Assembly: GCA_016871195.1 (NCBI GenBank)
Contig: VFZN01000016.1
Location: 1,115 to 65,114 of the forward strand
DNA: 64,000 nucleotides
Origin: Acidobacteriota bacterium
GTDB taxonomy: Bacteria; Acidobacteriota; Vicinamibacteria; Vicinamibacterales; UBA2999
Reading direction: 5' to 3'
Position 1 is the stretch's first letter. Every line of letters starts with the position of its first letter. Below the pieces are notes generated by a model. It was not told the DNA's origin. It saw only the letters and a program-made list of their open reading frames with translations, and made no database searches. Below, one piece after another: positions 8,779 to 18,434 of the stretch. The position numbers were made by a program, and so were the translations under genes.

Positions 8779-10704
8779 TCACGCCCGCGCCAGCAGGTCG
8801 CGCACGGCGCGGCGTCCGTGGTCGATGGCGGCGTCGGTGTACGCGTATGCCGCCGCATCGGAGTTGGCAACGGCGATGCGGCCATGCGGCTGCCGCGCCC
8901 GCACACAGGGCGGTTCGGTGCCCTTCAGCCAGAACTCGTCATCGAGCGAGTTGTACTGGTAGGCGTAGCCGTGCGGCCAGCGGTTGACGGTGATGCCCAG
9001 CACATCGCGCGCTGACTCGAATCCGCCCGGACCCAGCACGCGCTGCAGCTGATCGCGGATGTCACGCTCGATCGTGTCGAACGGGGTCGCCAGCAGTTCG
9101 CGTCGACCGGCCCGGTGCTGCTCGCGTACGCCCAGCCCCGGCTGACAGGCGGCACGCGTCATGTGCAGCACGATGGGCTGCGCCGGATCGGTCTGGTGAC
9201 GATACGTGCCGATGCTCACGGGGAAGTCGAGATTCACCGATCGATGCCAGAACCGCGGACTGGTGAAGCGTTGCACGCCCAGCGCACGGAATGCCGTCCA
9301 CTGCCGAATCAGCACGCTCGTGTAGGCCAGGGGCACCTTGATGGCGTAGTCGAGCGCCTCTTTCTGCGCCGCCGGCAGTTCGGGGCAGATCGCCGGGATC
9401 ACCGAGTGCCAGCAGGCCAGCACGACCGCCCGGGCCCGCACCGTCGACAGCGCGAGGCCCCGCGCCGACCCGGCACCTGCGGGAGCATAGGTGACCTCCA
9501 CACGCTGGTCACCTCCGGCCGGCCCGGTGTGCCGCACACGCAGCACCGCGCTGTTCAGCCGCAGGCGGCACGGGCGACCGGCGACGTCGAGCTGCGCGTA
9601 GTCCGCGCGGGCCGTCACACAGTCTTCCACGGTCGTCCCGGGCAGGACCTGCGGCATGAGCCGGCGCACCATCAGCCGCGCGAGCGTGGCATTGCCATCG
9701 GGGAAATGGAAGTAGTAGTCGTCGGCCTCGGGATACCGGATGGCATCGTGGTTCTGCCCCGGACCCGCTGCCGGGTCGAGCCCCATCCCCTGGAACCCGG
9801 GCAGGCCAAGACCGAACGCATCCTGCGCAGGGACCGCATCGAGGCCAACCCCGAAGAGTCCGTGCGTGCGGGTCTGGAACGGCCACAGCACGCCAGCGTC
9901 CAGCTTCCAGTGATCCGTCAGGAACTGCAGATATGTCATGCGCGCCAGCCGAGCCTTCTTCTCGGCCGACGACAGCCCCGGCATCGGATCGGGCGTCTCG
10001 GTATAGAGCCGGCCCAGGTCACGCCTGACGGCGGGTGAGAAGGGCGCGGCCTCGCGGAACGCCGGATCACGCACATCGCCAATGACCAGCTGATCCTTCC
10101 CGAAGGTCTCGCGGTCGAAGAACATGCCGCCGCGCAGGCCCATCGACGAGTAGAGCGTGCTGTCGAGGGCACGGCGATAGCTCGACACGTCCACACCAAG
10201 CCCGGCCACAAAGGCCTTCGCCTCGGCGCTGTAGGGCGCCGGGCTGTCAATCGACTGCGTGCCGCCGTAGCCGATGATGCGTCGACCGCCGACGGTGAAT
10301 TCGTTGCGCCGCGCGTGGCCGCCGAAGTCGTCGTGATTCTCAATCAGCAGAATGCGCGCATCCGGCCGCGCCTCGCGGTAGGTGACGGCCGCTGTCAGCC
10401 CGCTGAGGCCCGCACCCACGATCACGAGGTCGTACTCTTCGCCCGTGGACACCGGCGTGCCGGCGGCCTCCCAGAAGCGTCCGTCGCGCAGCGCATGCAG
10501 TGTCTCGAACGAGCCGGCGTGAGAGCCCCGCAGCCCGGTGCGCGCGGGCGGGTACGGCGCATCCTGCGCCAGCAGGTCGGCCATGCCGGGCGGCAGCGAG
10601 AGCGACGCCGCCGTCGCCCCGACGCCAACCGCCATGCCATTGATGAAGTCGCGACGTGTCACGGGCACGTGCATGCCGAGTCGGCGATCGTCGGAGGTGG
10701 CCAT
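8779..10704 (-). CDS. Tat-exported FAD/NAD(P)-binding amine oxidoreductase, spermidine dehydrogenase (SpdH)-like
   Basis: Start is set at MATSDDRRLGMHVPVTRRDFINGMAVGVGATAAS (twin-arginine motif). A Rossmann motif (YDLVIVGAGLSGLTAA) and ENHDDFGGHARRNEF are present. The specific substrate is inferred, not shown. Confidence 0.7.
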   Translation of the reverse strand: MATSDDRRLGMHVPVTRRDFINGMAVGVGATAASLSLPPGMADLLAQDAPYPPARTGLRGSHAGSFETLHALRDGRFWEAAGTPVSTGEEYDLVIVGAGLSGLTAAVTYREARPDARILLIENHDDFGGHARRNEFTVGGRRIIGYGGTQSIDSPAPYSAEAKAFVAGLGVDVSSYRRALDSTLYSSMGLRGGMFFDRETFGKDQLVIGDVRDPAFREAAPFSPAVRRDLGRLYTETPDPMPGLSSAEKKARLARMTYLQFLTDHWKLDAGVLWPFQTRTHGLFGVGLDAVPAQDAFGLGLPGFQGMGLDPAAGPGQNHDAIRYPEADDYYFHFPDGNATLARLMVRRLMPQVLPGTTVEDCVTARADYAQLDVAGRPCRLRLNSAVLRVRHTGPAGGDQRVEVTYAPAGAGSARGLALSTVRARAVVLACWHSVIPAICPELPAAQKEALDYAIKVPLAYTSVLIRQWTAFRALGVQRFTSPRFWHRSVNLDFPVSIGTYRHQTDPAQPIVLHMTRAACQPGLGVREQHRAGRRELLATPFDTIERDIRDQLQRVLGPGGFESARDVLGITVNRWPHGYAYQYNSLDDEFWLKGTEPPCVRARQPHGRIAVANSDAAAYAYTDAAIDHGRRAVRDLLARA

Positions 10705-10742
10705 GGCCGGAAGTATAGACCGCGCAGCGACTCCGATGGCAA
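10705..10742 (-). promoter_or_regulatory. Candidate internal promoter (TTGCCA-19 nt-TATACT) ending 7 nt before the ATG at 10704
   Basis: The plus strand reads agtata at 10712-10717 and tggcaa at 10737-10742. No SD precedes the ATG, which suggests a near-leaderless transcript. The spacer length is suboptimal. Confidence 0.3.
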
Positions 10743-10751
10743 CCGGTCGGG

Positions 10752-12185
10752 TCAGAGCGACCCGATCGACACCAGCTTGGTCTCGAGATACTCGGACAGG
10801 CCCTCGGCCCCGCTCTCGTGCCCCAGTCCGCTCTGCTTCCATCCGCCAAACGGGGCCTCGGTCGCATGCGGCGCCCATTCGTTGACGCCGACGATGCCGA
10901 ATTCGAGCCGTTCCGAGAGCAGCGTCGCGTGCCGCAGATCGCGCGTCCACACGTAGGCGGCCAGCCCATACGGCGTCGCATTGGCGAGAGCCAGGGCTTC
11001 GTCGACCTCGTCGAACACGGTCAGGGGCAGCACCGGGCCGAAAATCTCCTCGCCGAACGCGGGCGTGCCGGGGCGGACGTTCCAGAGCACCGTGGGCTCG
11101 AAAAAGAACCCGCGATCGCGGTCGGCAGGACGATGACCGCCGGTCAGCACCTCGGCCCCTGCCGACGTCGATGCCCGCACGAGGGTGTCCACGCGGTCTC
11201 GCTGCTGGGCATTGATGAGCGGGCCGACCTGCACGTCGGGCTCGAGGCCATCGCCGAGACGCAGGGCCCGCGCGCGCTGTGCCAGCTGCGCGGCGAGGGC
11301 GTCGGCGACCGATCGATGCACGAGAAACCGCTGCGGGGCGACACACACCTGTCCGTTGTTCCGGAACTTGCTGGTGATGGCCCCGGCGGCCACCGCCTCG
11401 AGGTCGACATCAGGCATCACGATGACCGGCGCGTTGCCGCCCAGTTCCAGCGACAGCCGTGTCACCGTGCGCGAGGCACCGTCCATCAGCAGCTTGCCCA
11501 CCCGCACGCTGCCCGTGAAGTGCATCTTCCGCACGGCAGGGGCATCGAGCATGGCCTGCCCCATCGGGCCGGGGTCGCCGTTGACGAGGTTGAGGACACC
11601 GGCCGGCAGGCCAGCCTCGTGCAGCAGGCCCGCCATGGCCATCGCCGTCAGCGGCGTGTACTCGGATGGACGCGCCACCACCGTGCAGCCGGCCGCGAGC
11701 GCCGCCGCCCACGCGCGCGCCGGGTTGTAGGCGGGAAAGTTCCAGGCCGTAATCACACCCACGACACCGACGGGCTGGCGCAGCACGGTCATCCGCTTGC
11801 CCGGCACCCGCGAGGGAATCGTGCGCCCGTACGCGCGCTTGCCCTCTTCCGCAAACCACTCGAAGAGGTCGGCCGACACGAGCCACTCGCCTCGCGCCTG
11901 CGCCAGCGGTTTACCCGATTCGGCGACCGTGAGGCGCGCGAGGGCCTCGGCATCGGCGCGCATGCGGTCGGCCGCTCGCTTCAGCAGCGCGCCGCGCTCA
12001 TACGGCGTCAGTCGTGCCCACGGGTCCCCCGCGGTCGTCGCCGCCGCAATCGCCGCCTCGGCATCGGCGCGTCCCCCGAAAGGCACGCGCGCCACGATCG
12101 CTTCGGTCGCCGGGTTCATCACGTCCCAGGTCGCGCCGCCGATCGCGTCCGTCCAGACCCCATCCACCAGCTGTCGGTACGTCAC
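10752..12185 (-). CDS. NAD(P)-dependent aldehyde dehydrogenase, succinate-semialdehyde/aminobutyraldehyde dehydrogenase-like
   Basis: GTG start at 12185 (VTYRQLVDGVW) follows GAGCAGGA. ALDH motifs are WNFP, FTGSVRVG, LELGGNAP and the catalytic Cys in NNGQVCVAPQR. Confidence 0.85.
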   Translation of the reverse strand: MTYRQLVDGVWTDAIGGATWDVMNPATEAIVARVPFGGRADAEAAIAAATTAGDPWARLTPYERGALLKRAADRMRADAEALARLTVAESGKPLAQARGEWLVSADLFEWFAEEGKRAYGRTIPSRVPGKRMTVLRQPVGVVGVITAWNFPAYNPARAWAAALAAGCTVVARPSEYTPLTAMAMAGLLHEAGLPAGVLNLVNGDPGPMGQAMLDAPAVRKMHFTGSVRVGKLLMDGASRTVTRLSLELGGNAPVIVMPDVDLEAVAAGAITSKFRNNGQVCVAPQRFLVHRSVADALAAQLAQRARALRLGDGLEPDVQVGPLINAQQRDRVDTLVRASTSAGAEVLTGGHRPADRDRGFFFEPTVLWNVRPGTPAFGEEIFGPVLPLTVFDEVDEALALANATPYGLAAYVWTRDLRHATLLSERLEFGIVGVNEWAPHATEAPFGGWKQSGLGHESGAEGLSEYLETKLVSIGSL

Positions 12186-12219
12186 GATGTCCTGCTCTCT
12201 TCGGAATGGCGTGGAGGGG

Positions 12220-13794
12220 TCACGCGGCGAACACGCAGCGGCCACCCACCCAGGTCTGCCGGATGCGATACGACTCGAGGGTCGTCGTGTCCCAGCGGGT
12301 CGCATCTCCTTCGACGAGCACCAGGTCAGCCCGCCAGCCTTCGCGCAGCTGGCCCTGCTCGTGCGCATCGCCTGAGGCCATCGCACCGCCGTGGGTATAG
12401 GCCACGAGGGCCTCGTCGAGCGTCACCGCCTCCGGAGGCGTCAGCACGACGCCGTCGGCATCACACCGCCCGATCGCCGCCTGCATGCCGGCCAGCGGGG
12501 CATCGTTGACGACCACCGGAGCATCGGATGACAGCGCCACGGTGAGCCCGGCGTCCATCATGCTGCGCACCGGATAGGTGCGTGGCAGAAAGTCGTCCGG
12601 CAGATACTGTCGGAAGTTGCGACCGAGTTCATGCAGGAAAATCGTCTGCGGCACGACGATGATGCCGAGCCGTGCCGCGTCGCGCAGCTGCGCGGGCCCC
12701 GGCAGGCCGAAGTGCTCGATACGATGGCGCACCGGCCCCGGCCCCAGCGAGGCGTACACGCGCAGCACCTGATCGATGGCCACGTCCCCGATGGCGTGTG
12801 TTGCCAGGCGCAGGCCGGCCGCGTGCGCCTCGTGCGCCAGTGTCAGGAACTCGTCATCCGTCATCCGCAGGACGCCGTGGGACGGCGCATGCCGATACGG
12901 CTGACTCAGCGCCGCCGTGGCGCTGCTCAGCCCGCCATCGGCAAAGAACTTGACCGTGTCGATGCGCAGGCACTCGGTCCGGCAGATGTCGGGCAGCGGA
13001 GCCACGCCCTCGCCCTCGACAGTGCGCAGGGCCATCACGTTGACCCGCAGTGGCAACCGTCCCTGGGCGTCGAGCCGACGATAGACGGTCAGCAGGTCAG
13101 GGGCGACGCCGGCATCCGACGTCGATGTGATGCCACGTGATGCCTGATGCGCCAGCGCCGCCACAATCATGGCTTCGTAGTCGGCGCCGGTCGGTGCGGG
13201 CATCTTCGTCAGCACCAGACCCAGGGCACGCTCCGACAGCACGCCGGTCAGTCGTCCCTGTGCATCGCGCCCGATCTCACCCCCGGGCGGGTCGGGCGTC
13301 GTGTCGTCGAGGCCGGCCCGCTGCAGGGCCAGGCTGTTGCACACGATGATGTGGGCGCACGTGCGCATCAGGACCACGGGACGATCGGACGCCACCGCAT
13401 CGAGGTCGTCGCGCGTGGGGACACGGCGATCCGGAAACCGGGTCTCGTTGAACCCGCGGCCATACAGCCAGGTGCCCTCGCCGAGCACGTCCGCGCGCAT
13501 CCGCACGCGCACGCCGAGATCGTCGACGCTCGAGGCCTCGCGCAGGTCGAGCAGCGTGGTCAGCAGGTGCCCGATTTTCCAGATGTGCGCATGCGCATCG
13601 ACGAAGCCCGGCAGCAGCGTCGCCCCGTCGGCCCGCACGACCTCCGTCTGCGGCCCCCGCAGCGCCGCCACTTCATCGTCGGTGCCGATGGCACTGATGC
13701 GACCGCCCGTCACGGCGAGGGCGGTCGCCCCTCGCGACTCCGGCGTGCCGGTCCAGAGAGTGGCGCCGAGAAACAGCGTATCGGCAGGTCGCAT
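12220..13794 (-). CDS. Amidohydrolase-3 family metal-dependent hydrolase (YtcJ-like)
   Basis: Start is at MRPADTLFLGATLWTG. The HxH metal motif GFVDAHAHIW is present, and the length of about 524 aa is typical of the family. Confidence 0.8.
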   Translation of the reverse strand: MRPADTLFLGATLWTGTPESRGATALAVTGGRISAIGTDDEVAALRGPQTEVVRADGATLLPGFVDAHAHIWKIGHLLTTLLDLREASSVDDLGVRVRMRADVLGEGTWLYGRGFNETRFPDRRVPTRDDLDAVASDRPVVLMRTCAHIIVCNSLALQRAGLDDTTPDPPGGEIGRDAQGRLTGVLSERALGLVLTKMPAPTGADYEAMIVAALAHQASRGITSTSDAGVAPDLLTVYRRLDAQGRLPLRVNVMALRTVEGEGVAPLPDICRTECLRIDTVKFFADGGLSSATAALSQPYRHAPSHGVLRMTDDEFLTLAHEAHAAGLRLATHAIGDVAIDQVLRVYASLGPGPVRHRIEHFGLPGPAQLRDAARLGIIVVPQTIFLHELGRNFRQYLPDDFLPRTYPVRSMMDAGLTVALSSDAPVVVNDAPLAGMQAAIGRCDADGVVLTPPEAVTLDEALVAYTHGGAMASGDAHEQGQLREGWRADLVLVEGDATRWDTTTLESYRIRQTWVGGRCVFAA

Positions 13795-13848
13795 GCGATG
13801 CCTCACACACGCGGGGGCACACGGCACAGGCACCGGTGCCCGTGCGCC

Positions 13849-15945
13849 TCAGGCCGGCTGCAGACTGAGTCCGGCACGTGCTTCCACCTCGGTCAGGGCC
13901 GCTTCGATCACCGCCAGCCCCTCGGCCAGCTGATCATCGGTGATCGTCAGAGGCGGCAGGAAGCGGATGCCGTTGGTGAACAGGCCCGCACGCATCGCGA
14001 TGACGCCGCGCTGGCAGGCACCGCGGATGATGGCCAGCGTTTCGTCCGGGGCAGGCTCGCGCGTCTGCCGGTCCTTCACCAGTTCGATGAGCATCATCGA
14101 CCCGAGGCCGCGCACGTCACCGATCAGCGGATGCCGCGACTGCCACTCGGTGAGAGTGGCGCGCAGGTGCGCCCCGATCTCGGTCGCCCGCGCGAGGAAG
14201 GCCGGCTGCCGCATCATCTCGATGGCCACAATCGCCGCCTCGCAGGTGAGCGGATTACCGCCGTAGGTGCCGCCCATGCCACCCGTATGCGTGGCGTCCA
14301 TGATGTCGGCCCGGCCCGTCGTGGCACTGATCGGCATGCCCGCGCCGAGCGACTTGGCCGTGACAATGATGTCGGCCTCGATGCCGTAGTGCTCGAGCGC
14401 GAACAGGCGTCCCGTCCGGGCGAATCCGCACTGCACCTCGTCGGCAATCATGACGATGCCGTGCGCCGTGCAGAGCTCGCGGATGCGCTGCAGGAACCGC
14501 GGAGGCACCGGCACAAACCCGCCTTCGCCCTGCACCGGCTCGATGATGATGGCGGCAACTTCACTCGCATCGACCTGCGCGGTAAACGCCTGTTCGAGTT
14601 GCATCAGCCCGAATTCGAGGGCCTGCTCGGCGGTCATGCCCGCCGGCCGGCGGTACGCATTCGGCATCGGCAGCCGGTACACATCCGAGGCGAACGGCCC
14701 CATCGTCTTCTTGAAAAGGCTGTACTTACTGCTCAGCGTCAGCGTGAGCAGCGTACGCCCGTGATAGCCGCCCTCGAAGCAGATCACGCCCGGCCGCCGT
14801 GTGAAGGCCCGCGCGGCCTTGACCGCATTTTCGATGGCTTCCGCCCCGGTGTTGGCCAGCAGGGTCTTCTTGGGGAAGGTGCCGGGGGTGACCTCGTTCA
14901 GCAGCTCGCACAGGCGCACATACGAGTCGTAGGTGCCGACGAGCGACCCGAGATGGATCAGCGACGCCGCCTGCCGCTGGATCGCCTCGACGACCGGCGT
15001 CGGGCAGTGGCCCACCGCCAGGGTCCCGATGCCGCCGACAAAATCGATGAAGGTGTTGCCGTCGAGGTCGTGCACCAGAGCGCCTTCCGCACGTGCGGCG
15101 ACGACGTCGGTGGCGCGGCCGAGGCCACTTGGAACCGCCGCGGCGCGGCGGGCCAGCCACTCCTGGCTGCGGGGCCCGGGCACCGGGCTCACAAGGCGAA
15201 TGGAACCCATGACGTCGCTCCTCCAGTAATCAGGTGCGCTGCCCGGCCGCACCGCCCCGGACACCGGGGTGGACGCATCGAGGACGATCAGCACACTGTA
15301 GTTGTCGCAGACCGGATCGTTCAGGTAATCCTTGAGCAGTCCCCTGAACTCGAATCCGACGCTGCGCTGCATCGACAGGGTCGGATCCGTGAGGCGCCCT
15401 GCACACAGCTCCTCATAATACTGCTCGGCCGACATCCGGTGCCGCACGGCCCCATAGCCGCTGAGCATCCCGGCGGTCACCTGCCCCCGCAGACCGAGTC
15501 GCCACACCAGCTCCTGCCGCGCCGCATACAGCGCCTGGGCCAGACCGCGGCGGCGGTAGGACGGATGCACGCCGAGGTCGGCCCCGTAAAGCCACGTCCC
15601 CTCGGGCTCGTGAGACGTGAGCCACCCGCCCTGAATGATGTCGGAAAAGGTGTGCGTGACGTGCGCAAAGTCGAACGTGAGGCGGATGGTGGCCGTGGCC
15701 GCGACGACACGGTCGCCGTCGAGCACCACCAGCTGTCCTTCCGGGAACAGCTCAAGATGCCCGCGATAGTGACGCGCCTTGAAGCGTTCCTCGTCTGCTA
15801 GGGTCGGAAACACCACGCACTGCAGGGCCTCGAGGGCGGGCGCGTGTTCGGGTCGGGCACTGGTCACGATGAGCCCGTCTGCAAGCACGCGCCGATACAC
15901 GGCCCTAGCCGCTGGTATCACTCCTGTCGTCATGTGCGCGGGCAT
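13849..15945 (-). CDS. Fusion protein: N-terminal GNAT acetyltransferase-like domain + class-III (GabT-like) PLP aminotransferase
   Basis: The 698-codon frame is uninterrupted. The N-terminal ~225 aa read as GNAT-like (GADLGVHPSYRRRGLAQALYAARQ). From M246 (15210) the sequence is GabT-like (SPVPGPRSQEWLARR, DEVQCGFARTG, PLP-Lys in TAKSLGAGMP). Confidence 0.8.
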   Translation of the reverse strand: MPAHMTTGVIPAARAVYRRVLADGLIVTSARPEHAPALEALQCVVFPTLADEERFKARHYRGHLELFPEGQLVVLDGDRVVAATATIRLTFDFAHVTHTFSDIIQGGWLTSHEPEGTWLYGADLGVHPSYRRRGLAQALYAARQELVWRLGLRGQVTAGMLSGYGAVRHRMSAEQYYEELCAGRLTDPTLSMQRSVGFEFRGLLKDYLNDPVCDNYSVLIVLDASTPVSGAVRPGSAPDYWRSDVMGSIRLVSPVPGPRSQEWLARRAAAVPSGLGRATDVVAARAEGALVHDLDGNTFIDFVGGIGTLAVGHCPTPVVEAIQRQAASLIHLGSLVGTYDSYVRLCELLNEVTPGTFPKKTLLANTGAEAIENAVKAARAFTRRPGVICFEGGYHGRTLLTLTLSSKYSLFKKTMGPFASDVYRLPMPNAYRRPAGMTAEQALEFGLMQLEQAFTAQVDASEVAAIIIEPVQGEGGFVPVPPRFLQRIRELCTAHGIVMIADEVQCGFARTGRLFALEHYGIEADIIVTAKSLGAGMPISATTGRADIMDATHTGGMGGTYGGNPLTCEAAIVAIEMMRQPAFLARATEIGAHLRATLTEWQSRHPLIGDVRGLGSMMLIELVKDRQTREPAPDETLAIIRGACQRGVIAMRAGLFTNGIRFLPPLTITDDQLAEGLAVIEAALTEVEARAGLSLQPA

Positions 15946-16017
15946 TGTAATGCACGCCCTCGGCGCCTCGGGTTCGGGCTAGCATAGGGCGCTCGCCGGG
16001 GAGGAGGCCCCCAGCAC

Positions 16018-17745
16018 ATGACCCGCACACACCTGACCCCCACCCGTCATCTCGTCCGCCGGCTGACCACGGCGCTGGCCGGCGTGGTGGCACTGAGCGC
16101 CTGCACCCCTGCACCGCCAGCCGAGCCACCGGCCGACCTGCTGATCATCAATGGCCGGGTGTTCACCGGTGATGCCGACCGCGGCCCGTCCACGGCCGTC
16201 GCAGTGCGGGGCAGCACGATCGCCGCGGTGGGCCCGACCGCCGAGCTCAGCCGCCTGCAAGGCCCGGCCACTACGGTCATTGATGCCCGCGGCGGTGTCG
16301 TGGCTCCGGGCTTCAACGATGCGCACCTCCATCTGCTGTCGGGCGGCTTCACACTCGGGCAGGTCGACTTGGCCAGCCTGGCCAGTCTCGAGGCGATTCA
16401 GCAGAGCATCCGTACATTCGCCGCCGCACATCCCGACGCACCGTGGGTCGAGGGATTCGGTTGGCCGTATGCGCCGTTTCCTGACAGTTCGCCCACAGCT
16501 GCGCAGCTCGACGCCGCCGTGGCCGACCGGCCCGCCGTGATGAACTGCTACGACGGCCACAGCCTGTGGGTCAACACCCGTGCGCTCGAGGCCGCCGGCA
16601 TCACGGCACAGACTCCCAATCCTCCCAATGGGGAAATCGTGCGCGACCCGCGCACGGGTCGACCGACAGGTCACCTCAAGGAAGCTGCCGCCGACCTGGT
16701 GCGACGGGCCATGCCGCCGCCGACTGACGACCAGCGCCGGGCTGCCCTCCGGGCCGCTGTCACCCACGCACACCGGCTGGGTGTGACCAGCGTGCAGAAC
16801 GCCGGTACGTCGCTCAGCGATATGGCGCTTCTCGAAGCCACCCGCGACAGCGGCGACCTCGCGCTGCGGACGTATGCAGCGTTCCGCGCGAATGGTGCCA
16901 CCACCGAGGCGGATGCCGACGCCATGGTCGCGACCTGGCAGCGGATCGGCGACGAGCGGCCCACGCTGAAAACAGGGATTGTGAAGATGTTCGCCGATGG
17001 CGTCATTGAGAGCCGCACCGCTGCCCTGATCGATCCGTATCCGGGTTCGGGCGATCGCGGTACTCCGCAGCTGTCCCCCGACGACCTGACTCGCGTCGTC
17101 GCGCTGCTCGATCGACGGGGCCTGCAGGTGCAGATTCATGCGACGGGCGACCGCGGGGTGCAGATGGCCCTTGATGCCTTTGCCCATGCCGCTCAGGTCA
17201 ACCCTGCACCGGCGCGCGGACGTCGCCACCGCATCGAGCACGTCGAAACCATCAGTGAGCCTGACATTGCGCGCTTCCAGACCCTGGGCGTCGTCGCCTC
17301 GATGCAGCCGATGCACGTGGTGCTGGGCGACATGAACAGCCCGACACCATCCGGGCCGTGGCCCGACAACGTCGGCCCCGAGCGGCAGCAGAGGGCGTGG
17401 GCCTGGCGGCGTATCGCCCGGCTGGGCGCGCGCGTCGTGTTCGGCAGCGACTGGCCCGTGGCGACACTCGACCCGGGTCCCGCGCTCTGGCTCGCCACGA
17501 CCCGCACCGGAACAGCCGGCGATGTGCCCCAGGCGATGCCGATGGCCGACGTGCTCCGTGCCTACACGTCCGAGGCCGCATGGGCATCGTTCGATGAGAG
17601 CCGCAAGGGCCGCCTCGCCCCCGGGCAGCTGGCCGATGTGGTCGTGCTGACCAGTGATGTGCTCTCCACGCCGCCGGCCACAGCTGATGCCGTCTCCGTC
17701 GCGGCCACAGTCTTCGACGGCCGCGTCGTTTTCAGAAAGCCTTAG
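16018..17745 (+). CDS. Secreted/lipoprotein amidohydrolase-3 family hydrolase (paralogue of 12220-13794)
   Basis: Signal with lipobox (VVALSACTP), the HxH motif GFNDAHLHLLSGG, and IHATGDRGV. The SD GGAGGAGG lies upstream of the ATG. Confidence 0.8.
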   Translation: MTRTHLTPTRHLVRRLTTALAGVVALSACTPAPPAEPPADLLIINGRVFTGDADRGPSTAVAVRGSTIAAVGPTAELSRLQGPATTVIDARGGVVAPGFNDAHLHLLSGGFTLGQVDLASLASLEAIQQSIRTFAAAHPDAPWVEGFGWPYAPFPDSSPTAAQLDAAVADRPAVMNCYDGHSLWVNTRALEAAGITAQTPNPPNGEIVRDPRTGRPTGHLKEAAADLVRRAMPPPTDDQRRAALRAAVTHAHRLGVTSVQNAGTSLSDMALLEATRDSGDLALRTYAAFRANGATTEADADAMVATWQRIGDERPTLKTGIVKMFADGVIESRTAALIDPYPGSGDRGTPQLSPDDLTRVVALLDRRGLQVQIHATGDRGVQMALDAFAHAAQVNPAPARGRRHRIEHVETISEPDIARFQTLGVVASMQPMHVVLGDMNSPTPSGPWPDNVGPERQQRAWAWRRIARLGARVVFGSDWPVATLDPGPALWLATTRTGTAGDVPQAMPMADVLRAYTSEAAWASFDESRKGRLAPGQLADVVVLTSDVLSTPPATADAVSVAATVFDGRVVFRKP

Positions 17746-17772
17746 CGTGCCGGAAGGCCCGGAGGATGCCTG

Positions 17773-18402
17773 CTATTTCTTCTTCCGGGCCGTCATCCGA
17801 CCGGCATCACCGGCGGTGACGCGCACCTGCACCAGCGTGCCGACCGCCCCGAGCGCCAGAAACGCCCACAGCACCCACGATTCCCCCGGGGCAGGATTCA
17901 TCGGATAGGCCACCCAGACATCGCCCTCGGCTGCCGCCTTCATCGCTTCGGGGGCTCCGCGCAGGGCCGCCGCGCCCACGACCATCGTCCATGCGCCTCC
18001 GAGCGCCGTGCTGATGATGATCACGTAGCGCTGCAGCCACGTGGCGAGCAGCGCTCCTCCCACTGCGGCCAGCACCACGAGAAACGGGTGCGGATCGCCG
18101 GGCAGTTGCGAGTAGATCAGGTGCACCGCGCCGGCTCCGAGTCCCGCCCCGACCAGCGCCACGCCCACAAAGTAGGCCGCCAGCATGATGAGGGCCCCGA
18201 CCACGGCACCACCAATGGCGGCACCGACCATGAGGGCCGGCGTGCTTTCGCCGATGAGCGACGATGCGGCGAGGCCGCCGAGGATCGCTCCGAACACCGC
18301 CAGCACCGCCTTGAACAGGCGATAGCCGGCCAGACACGCCAGCGCGCCGCCGGCCAGCAGCACACCCGCCGCGATGGTCTGATACGACGCAGGCAGCATC
18401 AC
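17773..18402 (-). CDS. Small polytopic membrane protein (DUF4203/TMEM198-like, tentative)
   Basis: 209 aa with 6-7 Gly/Ala-rich hydrophobic helices and a basic C-terminal tail (ARKKK). Confidence 0.5.
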   Translation of the reverse strand: MMLPASYQTIAAGVLLAGGALACLAGYRLFKAVLAVFGAILGGLAASSLIGESTPALMVGAAIGGAVVGALIMLAAYFVGVALVGAGLGAGAVHLIYSQLPGDPHPFLVVLAAVGGALLATWLQRYVIIISTALGGAWTMVVGAAALRGAPEAMKAAAEGDVWVAYPMNPAPGESWVLWAFLALGAVGTLVQVRVTAGDAGRMTARKKK

Positions 18403-18434
18403 AGGGACACGCAGAGGCGAGTCAGTCGCATCGG

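Noticed and set aside
10705-11346. N-terminal extensions proposed by the ORF track (8779-11346; likewise 19040-20992, 44280-45953, 41387-42784, 37993-38982, 52371-55496, 7374-8906 and 2371-4362)
   Set aside because: The extensions overlap upstream genes or the SRP RNA, are Arg/Pro-rich and precede obvious signal peptides or conserved N-termini. Shorter starts were chosen that have SD sites or ATGA overlaps.
13147-15801. 884-aa plus-strand ORF (similar shadow ORFs at 10818-12509, 23832-26531, 27463-28953, 39310-40518, 48130-49632 and 55739-57649)
   Set aside because: All of these lie antisense to genes with clear family motifs (aminotransferase, ALDH, KatG, HppD, HupE-like, CNNM, GlgB). All have Arg/Gly/Pro-rich nonsense-like composition and are treated as GC artefacts.
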